From a virus (lineage: Duplodnaviria; Caudoviricetes): DNA of 64,000 bases. A program made the position numbers and the translations under genes. This document shows positions 1-8,280 of this stretch, one piece after another. The notes beneath the pieces were generated by a model. It was not told the DNA's origin, did not search any database, and saw nothing but the letters and a program-made list of their open reading frames with translations. The stretch spans positions 128,001-192,000 of IMG/VR virus record IMGVR_UViG_3300037067_019009. One strand, written 5' to 3'. The first letter of the stretch is position 1. Every line of letters begins with the position of its first letter.

Positions 1-34
1 TGTTCATTTATATATCCTTTCTACATCAAAGTGC

Positions 35-69
35 GTAGGAGCCAGTAATATTTAGTTACCAGCTCCTAC
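35..69 (-). other. Intergenic stem-loop (14-bp stem with G-U pairs on the minus-strand RNA), possible processing or termination element
   Basis: Minus strand reads GTAGGAGCTGGTAA-CTAAATA-TTACTGGCTCCTAC, just after the stop at 78. Confidence 0.55.
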
Positions 70-77
70 AATAGTAG

Positions 78-269
78 TTATAGTAGATGGGTATAGCACA
101 CTGTGCAACACACTAACCCCTCAACCAACACTTGCTGGTGCTCAGTAAGACTCTCCATACCAAGAGCATCAGCTTGTGCACAACACTCATCATAGTAGTC
201 TACCAAGTCGGATTCCTTGATGTTTACCTCCTTCTCACACACTACACATTTCTTCTTTTCAGTTTTCAT
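78..269 (-). CDS. Small Cys-rich hypothetical protein (possible Zn-binding)
   Basis: CVVC and CCTVC motifs. Start moved to ATG 269, which follows an AGAAAGGA SD. Confidence 0.7.
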   Translation of the reverse strand: MKTEKKKCVVCEKEVNIKESDLVDYYDECCAQADALGMESLTEHQQVLVEGLVCCTVCYTHLL

Positions 270-353
270 TTTATTCATCCTTTCTGTTAAAAGTGACCAG
301 GATTTCAAACATGGCTCCTGGAAAGCCTATTAGATTTAGTCGCCAGCTCCTTG

Positions 354-593
354 TTACCGACCCTCCGTATAAGGGTCATCAGTAAGCAGGAATACCTCAC
401 AACACACCCAGCTACCTCTTTCATCTTCATGCCCAACACCAAAATCCTGGGCCTCAGTTACTGTGAAAAACAGGCCATCAAGCCCATCCCCCATAAACTG
501 CCTAACAATGTCCTCAGGAACAGTCGCGGAAACTTTAACCTCCGCGTCTTCTGGAAACGCCCTCAGCTGCTCCATCAACTCTTTTACTTTCAT
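354..593 (-). CDS. Small phage hypothetical protein
   Basis: MKVKELMEQLRAFPEDAEV N-terminus typical of small phage early proteins; AGAAAGGTGA SD. Confidence 0.75.
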   Translation of the reverse strand: MKVKELMEQLRAFPEDAEVKVSATVPEDIVRQFMGDGLDGLFFTVTEAQDFGVGHEDERGSWVCCEVFLLTDDPYTEGR

Positions 594-629
594 ATCAATC
601 ACCTTTCTTTTATATTTATCACGACAGAG

Positions 630-719
630 TTACTTCTCACCATAAGGTTTGATTCCAAGCACCTTACAAATAGCCCTCAGAATCATCCACACCACGAAGA
701 GTATCAGCATTAACGACAT
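630..719 (-). CDS. 29-aa membrane micro-protein (not in ORF track)
   Basis: MSLMLILFVVWMILRAICKVLGIKPYGEK; GAGGGGGTG SD; fills the gap between neighbouring genes. Confidence 0.6.
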   Translation of the reverse strand: MSLMLILFVVWMILRAICKVLGIKPYGEK

Positions 720-723
720 TATA

Positions 724-1314
724 TTACACCCCCTCTAAAGATACTTGAGACAGCAACTCCTTACCTTTCCTGGAGCTACAAGCTGATGCTACAGCCTGTA
801 GCATCATAACTCTGGTAAGTCTGGTATGCTTTGGAAGCATACTCTCAACATATTCTTTCATACCAGGAATACTCATCACTCTTGAGCGGCAAGTAACCCG
901 AGTGCCGTCAGGCAGACACCACTGAAAGAGGCCCAACTTACTACCGGAACTTCCAATAGTGGTTATCTTGTCATAACCTATACTAGCTGCTATTGTTCTA
1001 ACAGCAGCCAATATTTTAGCGGGAGAAACTTTTTCTACATGCCTAGCTCTATCCCGAGCTACCTGAGCCTGCATGGCATGTCCAGCTTTGCCTCCGGCCG
1101 CTTTAGCAACAACCTCCGCCGTAGACGCACGGTCCTTGGCAGCCTGTACTTCCACTCCAAGAGACACCACTTGCGTTTCCAGTGCCTCAATCCTGTTGAT
1201 TCCCTTGATAAGTAGGTTACCAAGGGACACAACCATTCGACGTAAAGTCTCTACGTCGTTGACAACTTTAGTGGCTTCCATAAGCTCACTAGTCTCCTCG
1301 CTAAGTGATTTCAT
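724..1314 (-). CDS. Hypothetical protein with coiled-coil N-terminus
   Basis: Start re-called at ATG 1314 after AGAAAGGAAGG SD; heptad-like N-terminal half. Confidence 0.7.
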   Translation of the reverse strand: MKSLSEETSELMEATKVVNDVETLRRMVVSLGNLLIKGINRIEALETQVVSLGVEVQAAKDRASTAEVVAKAAGGKAGHAMQAQVARDRARHVEKVSPAKILAAVRTIAASIGYDKITTIGSSGSKLGLFQWCLPDGTRVTCRSRVMSIPGMKEYVESMLPKHTRLTRVMMLQAVASACSSRKGKELLSQVSLEGV

Positions 1315-1330
1315 TTTATTTCCTTCCTTT

Positions 1331-1720
1331 CTAGTTATCGAAGATTCTAACCCCATCTTCGCCATGCATCAACATGGCGCGACGATTATCCCATAGTTTA
1401 GGCTCTCCCTCTCTCGCTATAGTAATATAGAACATCGTATCCAGCTTACTAGCCTTCGGTCGCGAACTCTTAGCCGGATTGAGCTGTAGGGCCTTTACCC
1501 TGAAGTATACATCTTCAAGATAAGTCGAGTAAGTCAGCATGCTGATTCCACCAGGAACATTCCTGCCGACGACGCTAACGTGCACCACTACGTCTTCCAG
1601 CATACCCTCTCGATTGATGAGGCGTGCCCTACGACCAGGAATAGTAGCCTCATACGTCGATCCTTGCACTGCTGCTGCTAATTCCTTCAGCAGCTCATTC
1701 AACCATTTCGGAGCCATCAT
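1331..1720 (-). CDS. Hypothetical protein
   Basis: 129-aa ORF with ATGA overlap to the upstream gene and AGGAAGGTGA SD. Confidence 0.7.
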   Translation of the reverse strand: MMAPKWLNELLKELAAAVQGSTYEATIPGRRARLINREGMLEDVVVHVSVVGRNVPGGISMLTYSTYLEDVYFRVKALQLNPAKSSRPKASKLDTMFYITIAREGEPKLWDNRRAMLMHGEDGVRIFDN

Positions 1721-2256
1721 AACTCACCTTCCTTTCTTGCCCAGCAGATGATATCATCTCTGCTGCTAACAACTCGATACCTAACATTGTATTTTTTGAG
1801 AAGCAGCTTCACTGCCTCTGTACAGTTATGCATGGATATCACAGCAAACTTGATATCCTCGGGGTACACCTTCCCTTTTATCTGCATCTCCATATATCGC
1901 AGATCATGAGAACTAGACCCACACAGCTCATTGAGGCTGTCTCCATTACAGACAGTGGCTCTGCACCTGATCCTTGTCTTCTTAAGAACCAAGATAGAGT
2001 CCCCGTAGTAACTAGGATCATAGAACCCATGAATTCTGCTAAACCCATAGCAGATATCTGTAGTCCCCCACAGATACAACTCAATTTCATCACGCTTCTC
2101 AAAATACACAGAACCTTGATTGTGATGATTTTGAAATCGCCCCCGATACCCGTGGGTTAAGATACTCTCCAGATCTTCGATTCTGAAAAGCAACATGGGC
2201 TCAAAATCCTTTCCGGGCTTTCTAACATCTATGAATTTGAGTCCATCTTCATTCAT
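1717..2256 (-). CDS. DUF3626-like protein (possible ADP-ribosyltransferase fold)
   Basis: Motif order ILTHGY..FQ..NQGS..R..E..LWG..YG..YGDS.LVLK..RATVCNGDS..YMEMQIKG.V..EDI resembles DUF3626 as recalled. Confidence 0.5.
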   Translation of the reverse strand: MNEDGLKFIDVRKPGKDFEPMLLFRIEDLESILTHGYRGRFQNHHNQGSVYFEKRDEIELYLWGTTDICYGFSRIHGFYDPSYYGDSILVLKKTRIRCRATVCNGDSLNELCGSSSHDLRYMEMQIKGKVYPEDIKFAVISMHNCTEAVKLLLKKYNVRYRVVSSRDDIICWARKEGEL

Positions 2257-2277
2257 ATGCTCATCCTTTCTGACAAT

Positions 2278-2320
2278 AAAAAGGACTGGGAGTTTAGTCC
2301 TTATTTCTCCCAGCCCCCCT
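2278..2320 (-). terminator. Rho-independent terminator-like hairpin
   Basis: Minus strand GGGCTGGGAG...CTCCCAGTCC followed by TTTTTATT. Confidence 0.6.
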
Positions 2321-2339
2321 ACAAGACATTCTATTATCT

Positions 2340-2825
2340 CTATGTTCGTTCCTCCTTTATCTCTCTCATTTTCTTAATGGCACAATCTTTGCAAATTGTA
2401 CCATTTTTCAGTTCGCCTGCTATAGTAGTATAACTACTATTAGCTGCAAGTGCAGAGGCTTCTATTCTTATGGTGGCGAATATAATGTTCGCCAACAAGC
2501 TCGCACGGTAAAATACATTACCACATTCCAAGCATTTACTGCTCTCTCTGCAGAATACTTCAGGTGCCCTACGAATAAGAGCCTCGACTAACTCTCCAGA
2601 GATCTTAACGGAGTAGGCAAAGTCATGCCTTTTACCACATTTGCAATCCCAAGACACAACTTCAAGGACTACAGTTTTACCTGTACTCTGCTCTATTCCC
2701 TCATAAGGGAACACTACAAAGTTATCCACTTTTGGATCAGACTTCGTAAACAGCTCTTTGTCACAGCCGGTTACCATATCAGGACAATACATACAGCCCT
2801 GAGGATGACACTTTCCTGTTTCCAT
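2340..2825 (-). CDS. Multi-CxxC zinc-binding protein
   Basis: CMYC, CKC, CLEC and CKDC motifs. Start re-called at ATG 2825 after AGAAAGGA SD. Confidence 0.65.
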   Translation of the reverse strand: METGKCHPQGCMYCPDMVTGCDKELFTKSDPKVDNFVVFPYEGIEQSTGKTVVLEVVSWDCKCGKRHDFAYSVKISGELVEALIRRAPEVFCRESSKCLECGNVFYRASLLANIIFATIRIEASALAANSSYTTIAGELKNGTICKDCAIKKMREIKEERT

Positions 2826-2842
2826 GATAGTACTTCCTTTCT

Positions 2843-2956
2843 TTACCTTTGTGCCGCCGTCAGCACCTGGGACATCGCGGAACATAGTCCATAGCCCATA
2901 TAACCAAGGACCACGGCAGTTCCTAAAACTACAACAAGAATCCATTTCCAGTTCAT
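2843..2956 (-). CDS. 37-aa membrane micro-protein (not in ORF track)
   Basis: MNWKWILVVVLGTAVVLGYMGYGLCSAMSQVLTAAQR; strong AGGAAAGGAG SD. Confidence 0.65.
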   Translation of the reverse strand: MNWKWILVVVLGTAVVLGYMGYGLCSAMSQVLTAAQR

Positions 2957-2974
2957 TTTTGCTCTCCTTTCCTA

Positions 2975-3328
2975 TCAAGCAAGCTTGTGTCCGCCTATCC
3001 AGCCTGTTTGGCTAGAAAACCTGACGGTTGGTATATAAGGAGTAGATACGTCGTCTAGTTCAGGCGAACTAGCATCGACTTCCTCCTCCATAGTTGTTTG
3101 CTGGAACTCGAATACTTCGAGATCCAACAAGTGTTCGATGTCTTCTCTTTTGTTATTGATACGTGGCATTTTAATTTCCTTCTTCACTACAATAGTTCTT
3201 TCCTTAACCTCGTCATACTCTAGGTCAGCCCTTACCTTGTCTTCTAAGTCAGGGCAATCACCGAGGAATCCTCGGCATCCTTCTCCAAACGATGTCCAGT
3301 AAGGACACTTCTTACTAATGCATGGCAT
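2975..3328 (-). CDS. Hypothetical protein, Cys-rich N-terminus and acidic C-terminus
   Basis: 117-aa ORF with GGAGGTG SD. Confidence 0.65.
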   Translation of the reverse strand: MPCISKKCPYWTSFGEGCRGFLGDCPDLEDKVRADLEYDEVKERTIVVKKEIKMPRINNKREDIEHLLDLEVFEFQQTTMEEEVDASSPELDDVSTPYIPTVRFSSQTGWIGGHKLA

Positions 3329-3332
3329 TGAA

Positions 3333-3476
3333 TCACCTCCGCACCTTTCGATTTGACATTACCGCGGTCACCCCAACGGCAGCCACGAGCACCGGTATGG
3401 CACATGCAGCAAATATGCCAAGCATCTTCACTGCCGCAAGCGCCACTAACCATGTGTTGTGTAATACAGTTTCCAT
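3333..3476 (-). CDS. 47-aa membrane micro-protein (not in ORF track)
   Basis: METVLHNTWLVALAAVKMLGIFAACAIPVLVAAVGVTAVMSNRKVRR; AAGGAGGT SD. Confidence 0.65.
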   Translation of the reverse strand: METVLHNTWLVALAAVKMLGIFAACAIPVLVAAVGVTAVMSNRKVRR

Positions 3477-3656
3477 TTACTTACCTCCTTTCTTTGTCTC
3501 CCAGTTGTCGCAGTCCAGCCGCGAGCAGTAGAACATCTTCTTGCGTTTGCCGTTGCCCATGATGACATCGGCTATATACGCACAGTTGCACCCCGCACAG
3601 AGGTCAGGGTCAATGATGTTCTTCACCTCGAGCTGGCTTTCCGCTCTGTTTTCCAT
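3477..3656 (-). CDS. 59-aa Cys-rich protein, first gene of the leftward operon (not in ORF track)
   Basis: MENRAESQ...LCAGCNC...YCSRLDCDNW...; AAGGAG SD. Confidence 0.7.
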   Translation of the reverse strand: MENRAESQLEVKNIIDPDLCAGCNCAYIADVIMGNGKRKKMFYCSRLDCDNWETKKGGK

Positions 3657-3753
3657 TTACTTCTCCTTGTGATACTTGCCTAATGGTCAAGACTTACTCA
3701 CTGAATGGGGTGGGGTCAAAAATTTCACCTACCCCCTACCCAATAAAAGTAGT

Positions 3754-3875
3754 CTACGACCTCGCAGTATGAAGTAATTACAGCTCGGTTAATATGGCTT
3801 AGTAGGACAAACATGACTTTGTATTGTGATAGGTATTACTATAGTGTACAGAGGATCTTATGCTACGACCTCGCA
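3754..3875. repeat. Direct repeat CTACGACCTCGCA (2 copies, 109 bp apart) in the divergent control region
   Basis: Identical 13-mers at 3754-3766 and 3863-3875, with partial similarity continuing downstream. Confidence 0.7.
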
Positions 3876-3994
3876 ATACTAAGCAGTTATGGTTAAGCTA
3901 TAAGGCTGTGATATAAGTACAACCTATTATTGTGATTCATATTTACAAAGGAAAAAGGGGTGGGGGTTGCGTTATTTAGTGAAGTAAAAAATAA

Positions 3995-4040
3995 AAAAAT
4001 ACGCGTGCGCGTGCATGAAAGGCCGCCGCTTGCCTATTAT
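3995..4040 (+). promoter_or_regulatory. Putative phage promoter AAAATA-N~30-TGCCTATTAT
   Basis: CTTGCCTATTAT at 4029-4040; the motif recurs at 7729, 44010 and 54169. Confidence 0.6.
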
Positions 4041-4087
4041 ATATACTGGCACTTGTATTTATTGTGGGTTAGGGGGAACTTTTTTGT

Positions 4088-4861
4088 ATGAGTAAAGAGA
4101 TTAACAAGTGGGCTGATTTTTGGTTGGACCGGGAAATCGGAGTTCACGAGTGTGGATTCGTTAAACTCATAGATTATATGGGCGGGGATTCTAGGGTAGT
4201 GGAAGCGGCCAGATGCTCTTTAGGCGGGATGTCTAAACCAACGAGTTCCAAAGAAGACCTTATCCAGTTTTTAATGAAGCACCGGCACCTTTCTCCTTTC
4301 GAGCAGACAGTTCTTACCTTTCAAATAAAGATGCCGATTTTTGTAGCAAGACAGCTAGTAAGGTATAGGACGGGTAGGATAAATGAGCAGTCGGCCAGGT
4401 ATTCTACTCTACCGAAGGAGTTCTATATTCCCGAGCACCTCGTTTCTAAAGACGGTGTGTCGATTGATGCCGACGACGCTAGTATAGTGATATCTACTAT
4501 GGAGGACGATCAAGACGAGACGGCCAGAAGCTACGAGTTCTATTTGGATTTGGGACTGGCCAGGGAACAGGCCAGGATAAACCTACCGGTTTCTACCTAT
4601 ACCACTATGATGTGGCAGATGGATCTTCGTAATCTTTTCCACTTCTTAGAGCAGAGGTTAAGCAGGCATGCCCAAAAAGAGATAAGGGACTATGCCGATG
4701 TCATAGGCTACCTGACTTGCGCGGTGGCTCCGTTATCCTACGCGGCGTTCACCGAACATGTCCTTCACTCCGTGACCCTTTCTGAAAACGAAGTAAAGAA
4801 CTTATATACAGCCCTATCCGAGGCTGGACTTAATCCAAGCTCCTTCGGGCTGGGGGTATAG
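4088..4861 (+). CDS. thyX: FAD-dependent thymidylate synthase
   Basis: HLSPFE, PIFVARQLVRYR-x7-SARY, EQARINLP, NLFHFL..RL..HAQKEIR motifs. Confidence 0.93.
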   Translation: MSKEINKWADFWLDREIGVHECGFVKLIDYMGGDSRVVEAARCSLGGMSKPTSSKEDLIQFLMKHRHLSPFEQTVLTFQIKMPIFVARQLVRYRTGRINEQSARYSTLPKEFYIPEHLVSKDGVSIDADDASIVISTMEDDQDETARSYEFYLDLGLAREQARINLPVSTYTTMMWQMDLRNLFHFLEQRLSRHAQKEIRDYADVIGYLTCAVAPLSYAAFTEHVLHSVTLSENEVKNLYTALSEAGLNPSSFGLGV

Positions 4862-4866
4862 GTGGT

Positions 4867-5019
4867 ATGGTATTTAAAACTATCAAACTCGAGGATTCGG
4901 TTTGCATGCGGTGCGGCAAGTTTCAACAGGCCACATGTAAACTATACTTAAAAGCACGAAAGGACAAGTGTATAGTTATAGCTTGTCCTTTGTTTGTAGC
5001 AATGCCTAAAGGTGATTAA
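4867..5019 (+). CDS. 50-aa Cys-rich protein (not in ORF track)
   Basis: MVFKTIKLEDSVCMRCGKFQQATC...CIVIACPLF; TAATG overlap with the next gene. Confidence 0.55.
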   Translation: MVFKTIKLEDSVCMRCGKFQQATCKLYLKARKDKCIVIACPLFVAMPKGD

Positions 5020-5486
5020 TGTTATATTACTATTTGATTAGTTTGATTTGGGTTTTAGTTAGTTTTTACGTGGGCACCGAAGCCGGTTTCCACGCGGCAT
5101 GGATTAAATACAGACGTTTACTTAAGACTCGTAAACGAAGGGAGGTGAGATTAGAAGTGTCATTTGATCTTTCCGATATCGTAAAGGTTCCAGTTGAAAT
5201 AGTTGGAGCCGTAGACGCCGAAGGAGCGCTTACCACAATTCCGCCGGACACTACGTTCGACTGGGAAATGATTCCCGTAAACGGAGATAACCCCGGAACA
5301 TTCGTGGTCGACGCGGACGACCAGACCAAAGGTGTCCTGGAAGTAGGTACCGCTGGAGACTCGGGTTATCTGAAGGTGACGGCTTACCTGCCGGATGGTA
5401 GTAGCATAGTCGGCCAGTCAGAGACATGGAACGCTGTTCCGAGCGCTCCAGTAGGGTTCAGGATTAATTTCGGGGATCCTATATAG
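5019..5486 (+). CDS. Membrane-anchored protein with acidic beta-rich domain
   Basis: Hydrophobic N-terminus, basic linker, acidic beta-strand-like C-terminus. Internal GGAGGTG SD before GTG 5157. Confidence 0.6.
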   Translation: MLYYYLISLIWVLVSFYVGTEAGFHAAWIKYRRLLKTRKRREVRLEVSFDLSDIVKVPVEIVGAVDAEGALTTIPPDTTFDWEMIPVNGDNPGTFVVDADDQTKGVLEVGTAGDSGYLKVTAYLPDGSSIVGQSETWNAVPSAPVGFRINFGDPI

Positions 5487-5509
5487 CATAGTTAGCTAAG
5501 AGGTGGCGT

Positions 5510-6424
5510 ATGAAAGTGTTGTTGGCATTATGTTTGGCTCTAGTCATTCCAAATGGTGAGCATCAGAGTGACCTGACCCGGCTGCATATGCGGGGGAAGG
5601 TCAGTAGTTGTATTGTAACACGAAGTGGCTATACGAACGAAACCGGCGTGTACTTACCTACGCCTCCTTATCTCTATGAAAAAATGTCCTTCGCTTCTGA
5701 TGGAAGCTATGACCTGCGCTTGGGAGGTTTCAGCCGCGAGGTGTACAGCCAGAATGGTGATCAGCTGCGTCTTAAACACTATAGAACAGTCCAGCGAGAC
5801 GGAACGTTTTTTGATTACGCCGATGGGTACCGATTCGAGATGGTGTCTAAGGACCCCGGCGAAGAACCGACGCCGCTGATTAAGTCCCTCACCTACGAGT
5901 ATCGTAATTATAACGAGGACAACCTTCTATCTATGGAGATACTCTACGATTTAGAGCTAAACTCACAGATAGTGAAGATCACTTATGGTTATGACTCTTC
6001 AAGAAGGGTGGCCACAAAGACGGTACTGCCATACGCGCAGTGGACTCCTAGCACCAGCATATTTACTTACTACCCAGATCACGTCGTAGAGAAAGTTTAT
6101 GGCGCTAGTCTGCAAGATAACGGCGTCATTACTTACTATTTAAGCACGTCGGGGTTGATTACTACGTCGCGTAAAGACGACGCATCGGGCAGTATGATAG
6201 AAAAACATATGATGAGCTATAATAGCCGCGGGGATTTGGTGGGTGACACTACCATAGGACCTGACTCTAAGGCCATATCTAGGACGGTGTGGCTCTACAG
6301 TTACGATTCGATAGGTAACTGGATAACCTGTAAAGAAATACGATACGACTATAGTGATAGTAAAACTACAGTCACGCCGATACGTTATGACTGTCGCAGC
6401 TTTGTGTACTACGCGCAGCTATAG
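5510..6424 (+). CDS. Secreted YD/RHS-like beta-hairpin repeat protein
   Basis: Signal peptide MKVLLALCLAL; LHMRGKV; YGYDSSRR, YNSRGDL and YSYDSIGNW repeats. Confidence 0.65.
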   Translation: MKVLLALCLALVIPNGEHQSDLTRLHMRGKVSSCIVTRSGYTNETGVYLPTPPYLYEKMSFASDGSYDLRLGGFSREVYSQNGDQLRLKHYRTVQRDGTFFDYADGYRFEMVSKDPGEEPTPLIKSLTYEYRNYNEDNLLSMEILYDLELNSQIVKITYGYDSSRRVATKTVLPYAQWTPSTSIFTYYPDHVVEKVYGASLQDNGVITYYLSTSGLITTSRKDDASGSMIEKHMMSYNSRGDLVGDTTIGPDSKAISRTVWLYSYDSIGNWITCKEIRYDYSDSKTTVTPIRYDCRSFVYYAQL

Positions 6425-6432
6425 GGAGGATA

Positions 6433-7536
6433 ATGGTTCCGCTTAATACCAAGAAAATGAATAACGCTTCCTACATGAGAGTAGGAACCAGGTTTACAGA
6501 ATACCCCGCTCTCTCCAAAAAGGCCCTCGACGAAGGCTTTTATCTTAACGGACTTAGATACTGGTACTCTATGTACGAGATGGCTGAGAATCATCCAGGA
6601 CATGAGTATGAAATGCCTATAGTAATCCATTACCTACAAGACACCTTCGGCATCACTAGAAGACACGCATACAAGATACTGCAGAGGAATGACGGCCTGT
6701 TCTGGCAGGTGACCCACTCTCTAGTCAGGAATGAGTCCGGAAGTGTCAGAATCTTTACGCTAGGGGCCGTTCTATCGATTGTAGGCCTGCCTGCATACAC
6801 GGAGGGCTGGAAGTCTCATGTCAACTGCCTGAGGGGGGGAACGTGCCGACAGTGGTCTTGGCAGACTATGCGTCGCTTCTACACCTATAAAGCTGGAACT
6901 CCCATATCGAGGACCACCCTGGAGAAGCTTACCGGCATACCAAGACGATCACAGCAGTTATATGATCGTAGACTGAAAGAACGCAGGGCCACGCACATAG
7001 AAGTGCTGGAATTGCACGACTCCGTAGAAAGCGCTAGAAAGGCTTACGAGGAGGGTGTAGATACGGGTAACTATAAGCCCTATGCCGTGTTCGTTGGAGC
7101 AGTCAACGTAAGCGCTTCCGCCCATAATGATGAGCCTGACGAGTCGGCCAGACTGATAGGTGTGTTTAGAAAGATGGGGAACGCCTATCTTGATGATAAG
7201 AGGAAACTCACATCAGGTAAAAACTATGAAAGAGTAGCTTACTACAAAGGGGCTGGTGTCTATCTCAGGGGGGTGTGTCCTGAGTTGCACACTTCAATCT
7301 CTATTATTAATAGGGACTTTGTAGAAGAGTCAAATCCAACGAAGCGAACTAACTATAGTATGAGTAAAAAACTGCAGTATTTGTTACCTTGGTTAATGAG
7401 GTCGCAAAGCGACTCAGTTCGCGGAGTGGAAAAACTAAGTGGATTCTCTCCACAGAGTACAACCACCAAGGGCGTGGTACCTTTATGGCAGTCTTCCTAC
7501 TCTTTATCTAAGCCCGATCCATGGGTTAGCCTATAG
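6433..7536 (+). CDS. Basic DNA-binding protein with HTH-like segments (regulator or replication initiator?)
   Basis: LQDTFGITRRHAYKILQR and ISRTTLEKLTGIPRRSQQLY resemble HTH motifs. Confidence 0.5.
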   Translation: MVPLNTKKMNNASYMRVGTRFTEYPALSKKALDEGFYLNGLRYWYSMYEMAENHPGHEYEMPIVIHYLQDTFGITRRHAYKILQRNDGLFWQVTHSLVRNESGSVRIFTLGAVLSIVGLPAYTEGWKSHVNCLRGGTCRQWSWQTMRRFYTYKAGTPISRTTLEKLTGIPRRSQQLYDRRLKERRATHIEVLELHDSVESARKAYEEGVDTGNYKPYAVFVGAVNVSASAHNDEPDESARLIGVFRKMGNAYLDDKRKLTSGKNYERVAYYKGAGVYLRGVCPELHTSISIINRDFVEESNPTKRTNYSMSKKLQYLLPWLMRSQSDSVRGVEKLSGFSPQSTTTKGVVPLWQSSYSLSKPDPWVSL

Positions 7537-7613
7537 CTAGGTCGCCCTTGGTCTATTACCAGATCACTTAGTATAGAGACGATTGTCTTAGTCGCCAGTA
7601 ATATAAGTAAGAG

Positions 7614-7667
7614 TATAGTACTATAACTGTACAGTTGTACACGTACACGGAGTTGAGTACATGTACT
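7614..7667. repeat. Three perfect 12-bp palindromes and six GTAC sites
   Basis: TATAGTACTATA 7614-7625, AACTGTACAGTT 7625-7636, AGTACATGTACT 7656-7667. Confidence 0.7.
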
Positions 7668-7693
7668 TAGTTAAGTCTTTAGGGGTTGGTATT

Positions 7694-7740
7694 AAAAATA
7701 GTTAGTGTGTTCCAGTTTTGTATGCTCACTTGCCTATAAT
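7694..7740 (+). promoter_or_regulatory. Putative phage promoter upstream of the operon leading into the glycosylation cluster
   Basis: AAAAATA 7694-7700 and CTTGCCTATAAT 7729-7740. Confidence 0.65.
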
Positions 7741-7745
7741 ATAGT

Positions 7746-8279
7746 GTGGTTGTGCTAGAAGATTTTCACGCTGTTACACATGTAACTGATGCAGGGGAAG
7801 TGGATATGGATATTAAGTTTACTGACACGGTAGATCCTAGTGGGTGGCCTGTAATATTGCTTTGGTATAAAGTTCTAGGTGTCTGGGTGTTGAACAGGCC
7901 CGAGTTTACTGAGTGTGAGCCTGAAACTCTAGAGCTTGCTGGTTCGGTCGTATGTGCCCCAGATAATAAACACCACCTGCTTTTTTGGTATCGTCCGAAT
8001 GGTGGAGGTTGGAGATATGCTATCGGGGAGTGGTCGTTTGTTGGTGGAGCGGATTGTCACTGGACCTCACTACCAGTTCCTATAGGAAAGAACGGCTACA
8101 TACGCACTACAGCCAATTTAGAAGAGTTGCGTGCTAAGACATGCATGTGTGGCAGATGCCAGGTAACTGTCGATGTTGGGGAGAATACTACCATACAGTT
8201 TTCCGGATTGATAAAGAGCGTAATGCCGCTAGAAATACTGATAATCGAAGACCCCACGTGGATAATGGAGGAGAGTTAA
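7746..8279 (+). CDS. Hypothetical protein (true start probably ATG 7807)
   Basis: Trp-rich beta-type ORF; GGGGAAG SD precedes ATG 7807. Confidence 0.6.
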   Translation: MVVLEDFHAVTHVTDAGEVDMDIKFTDTVDPSGWPVILLWYKVLGVWVLNRPEFTECEPETLELAGSVVCAPDNKHHLLFWYRPNGGGWRYAIGEWSFVGGADCHWTSLPVPIGKNGYIRTTANLEELRAKTCMCGRCQVTVDVGENTTIQFSGLIKSVMPLEILIIEDPTWIMEES

Positions 8280-8280
8280 A

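Noticed and set aside
2826-2978. N-terminal extension of the 212-aa ORF 2340-2978
   Set aside because: Better explained by a separate 37-aa gene with its own SD plus an SD-led ATG at 2825.
3754-3890. Direct repeats as a mini CRISPR array
   Set aside because: Only two copies, 13 bp identical, 109-bp period.
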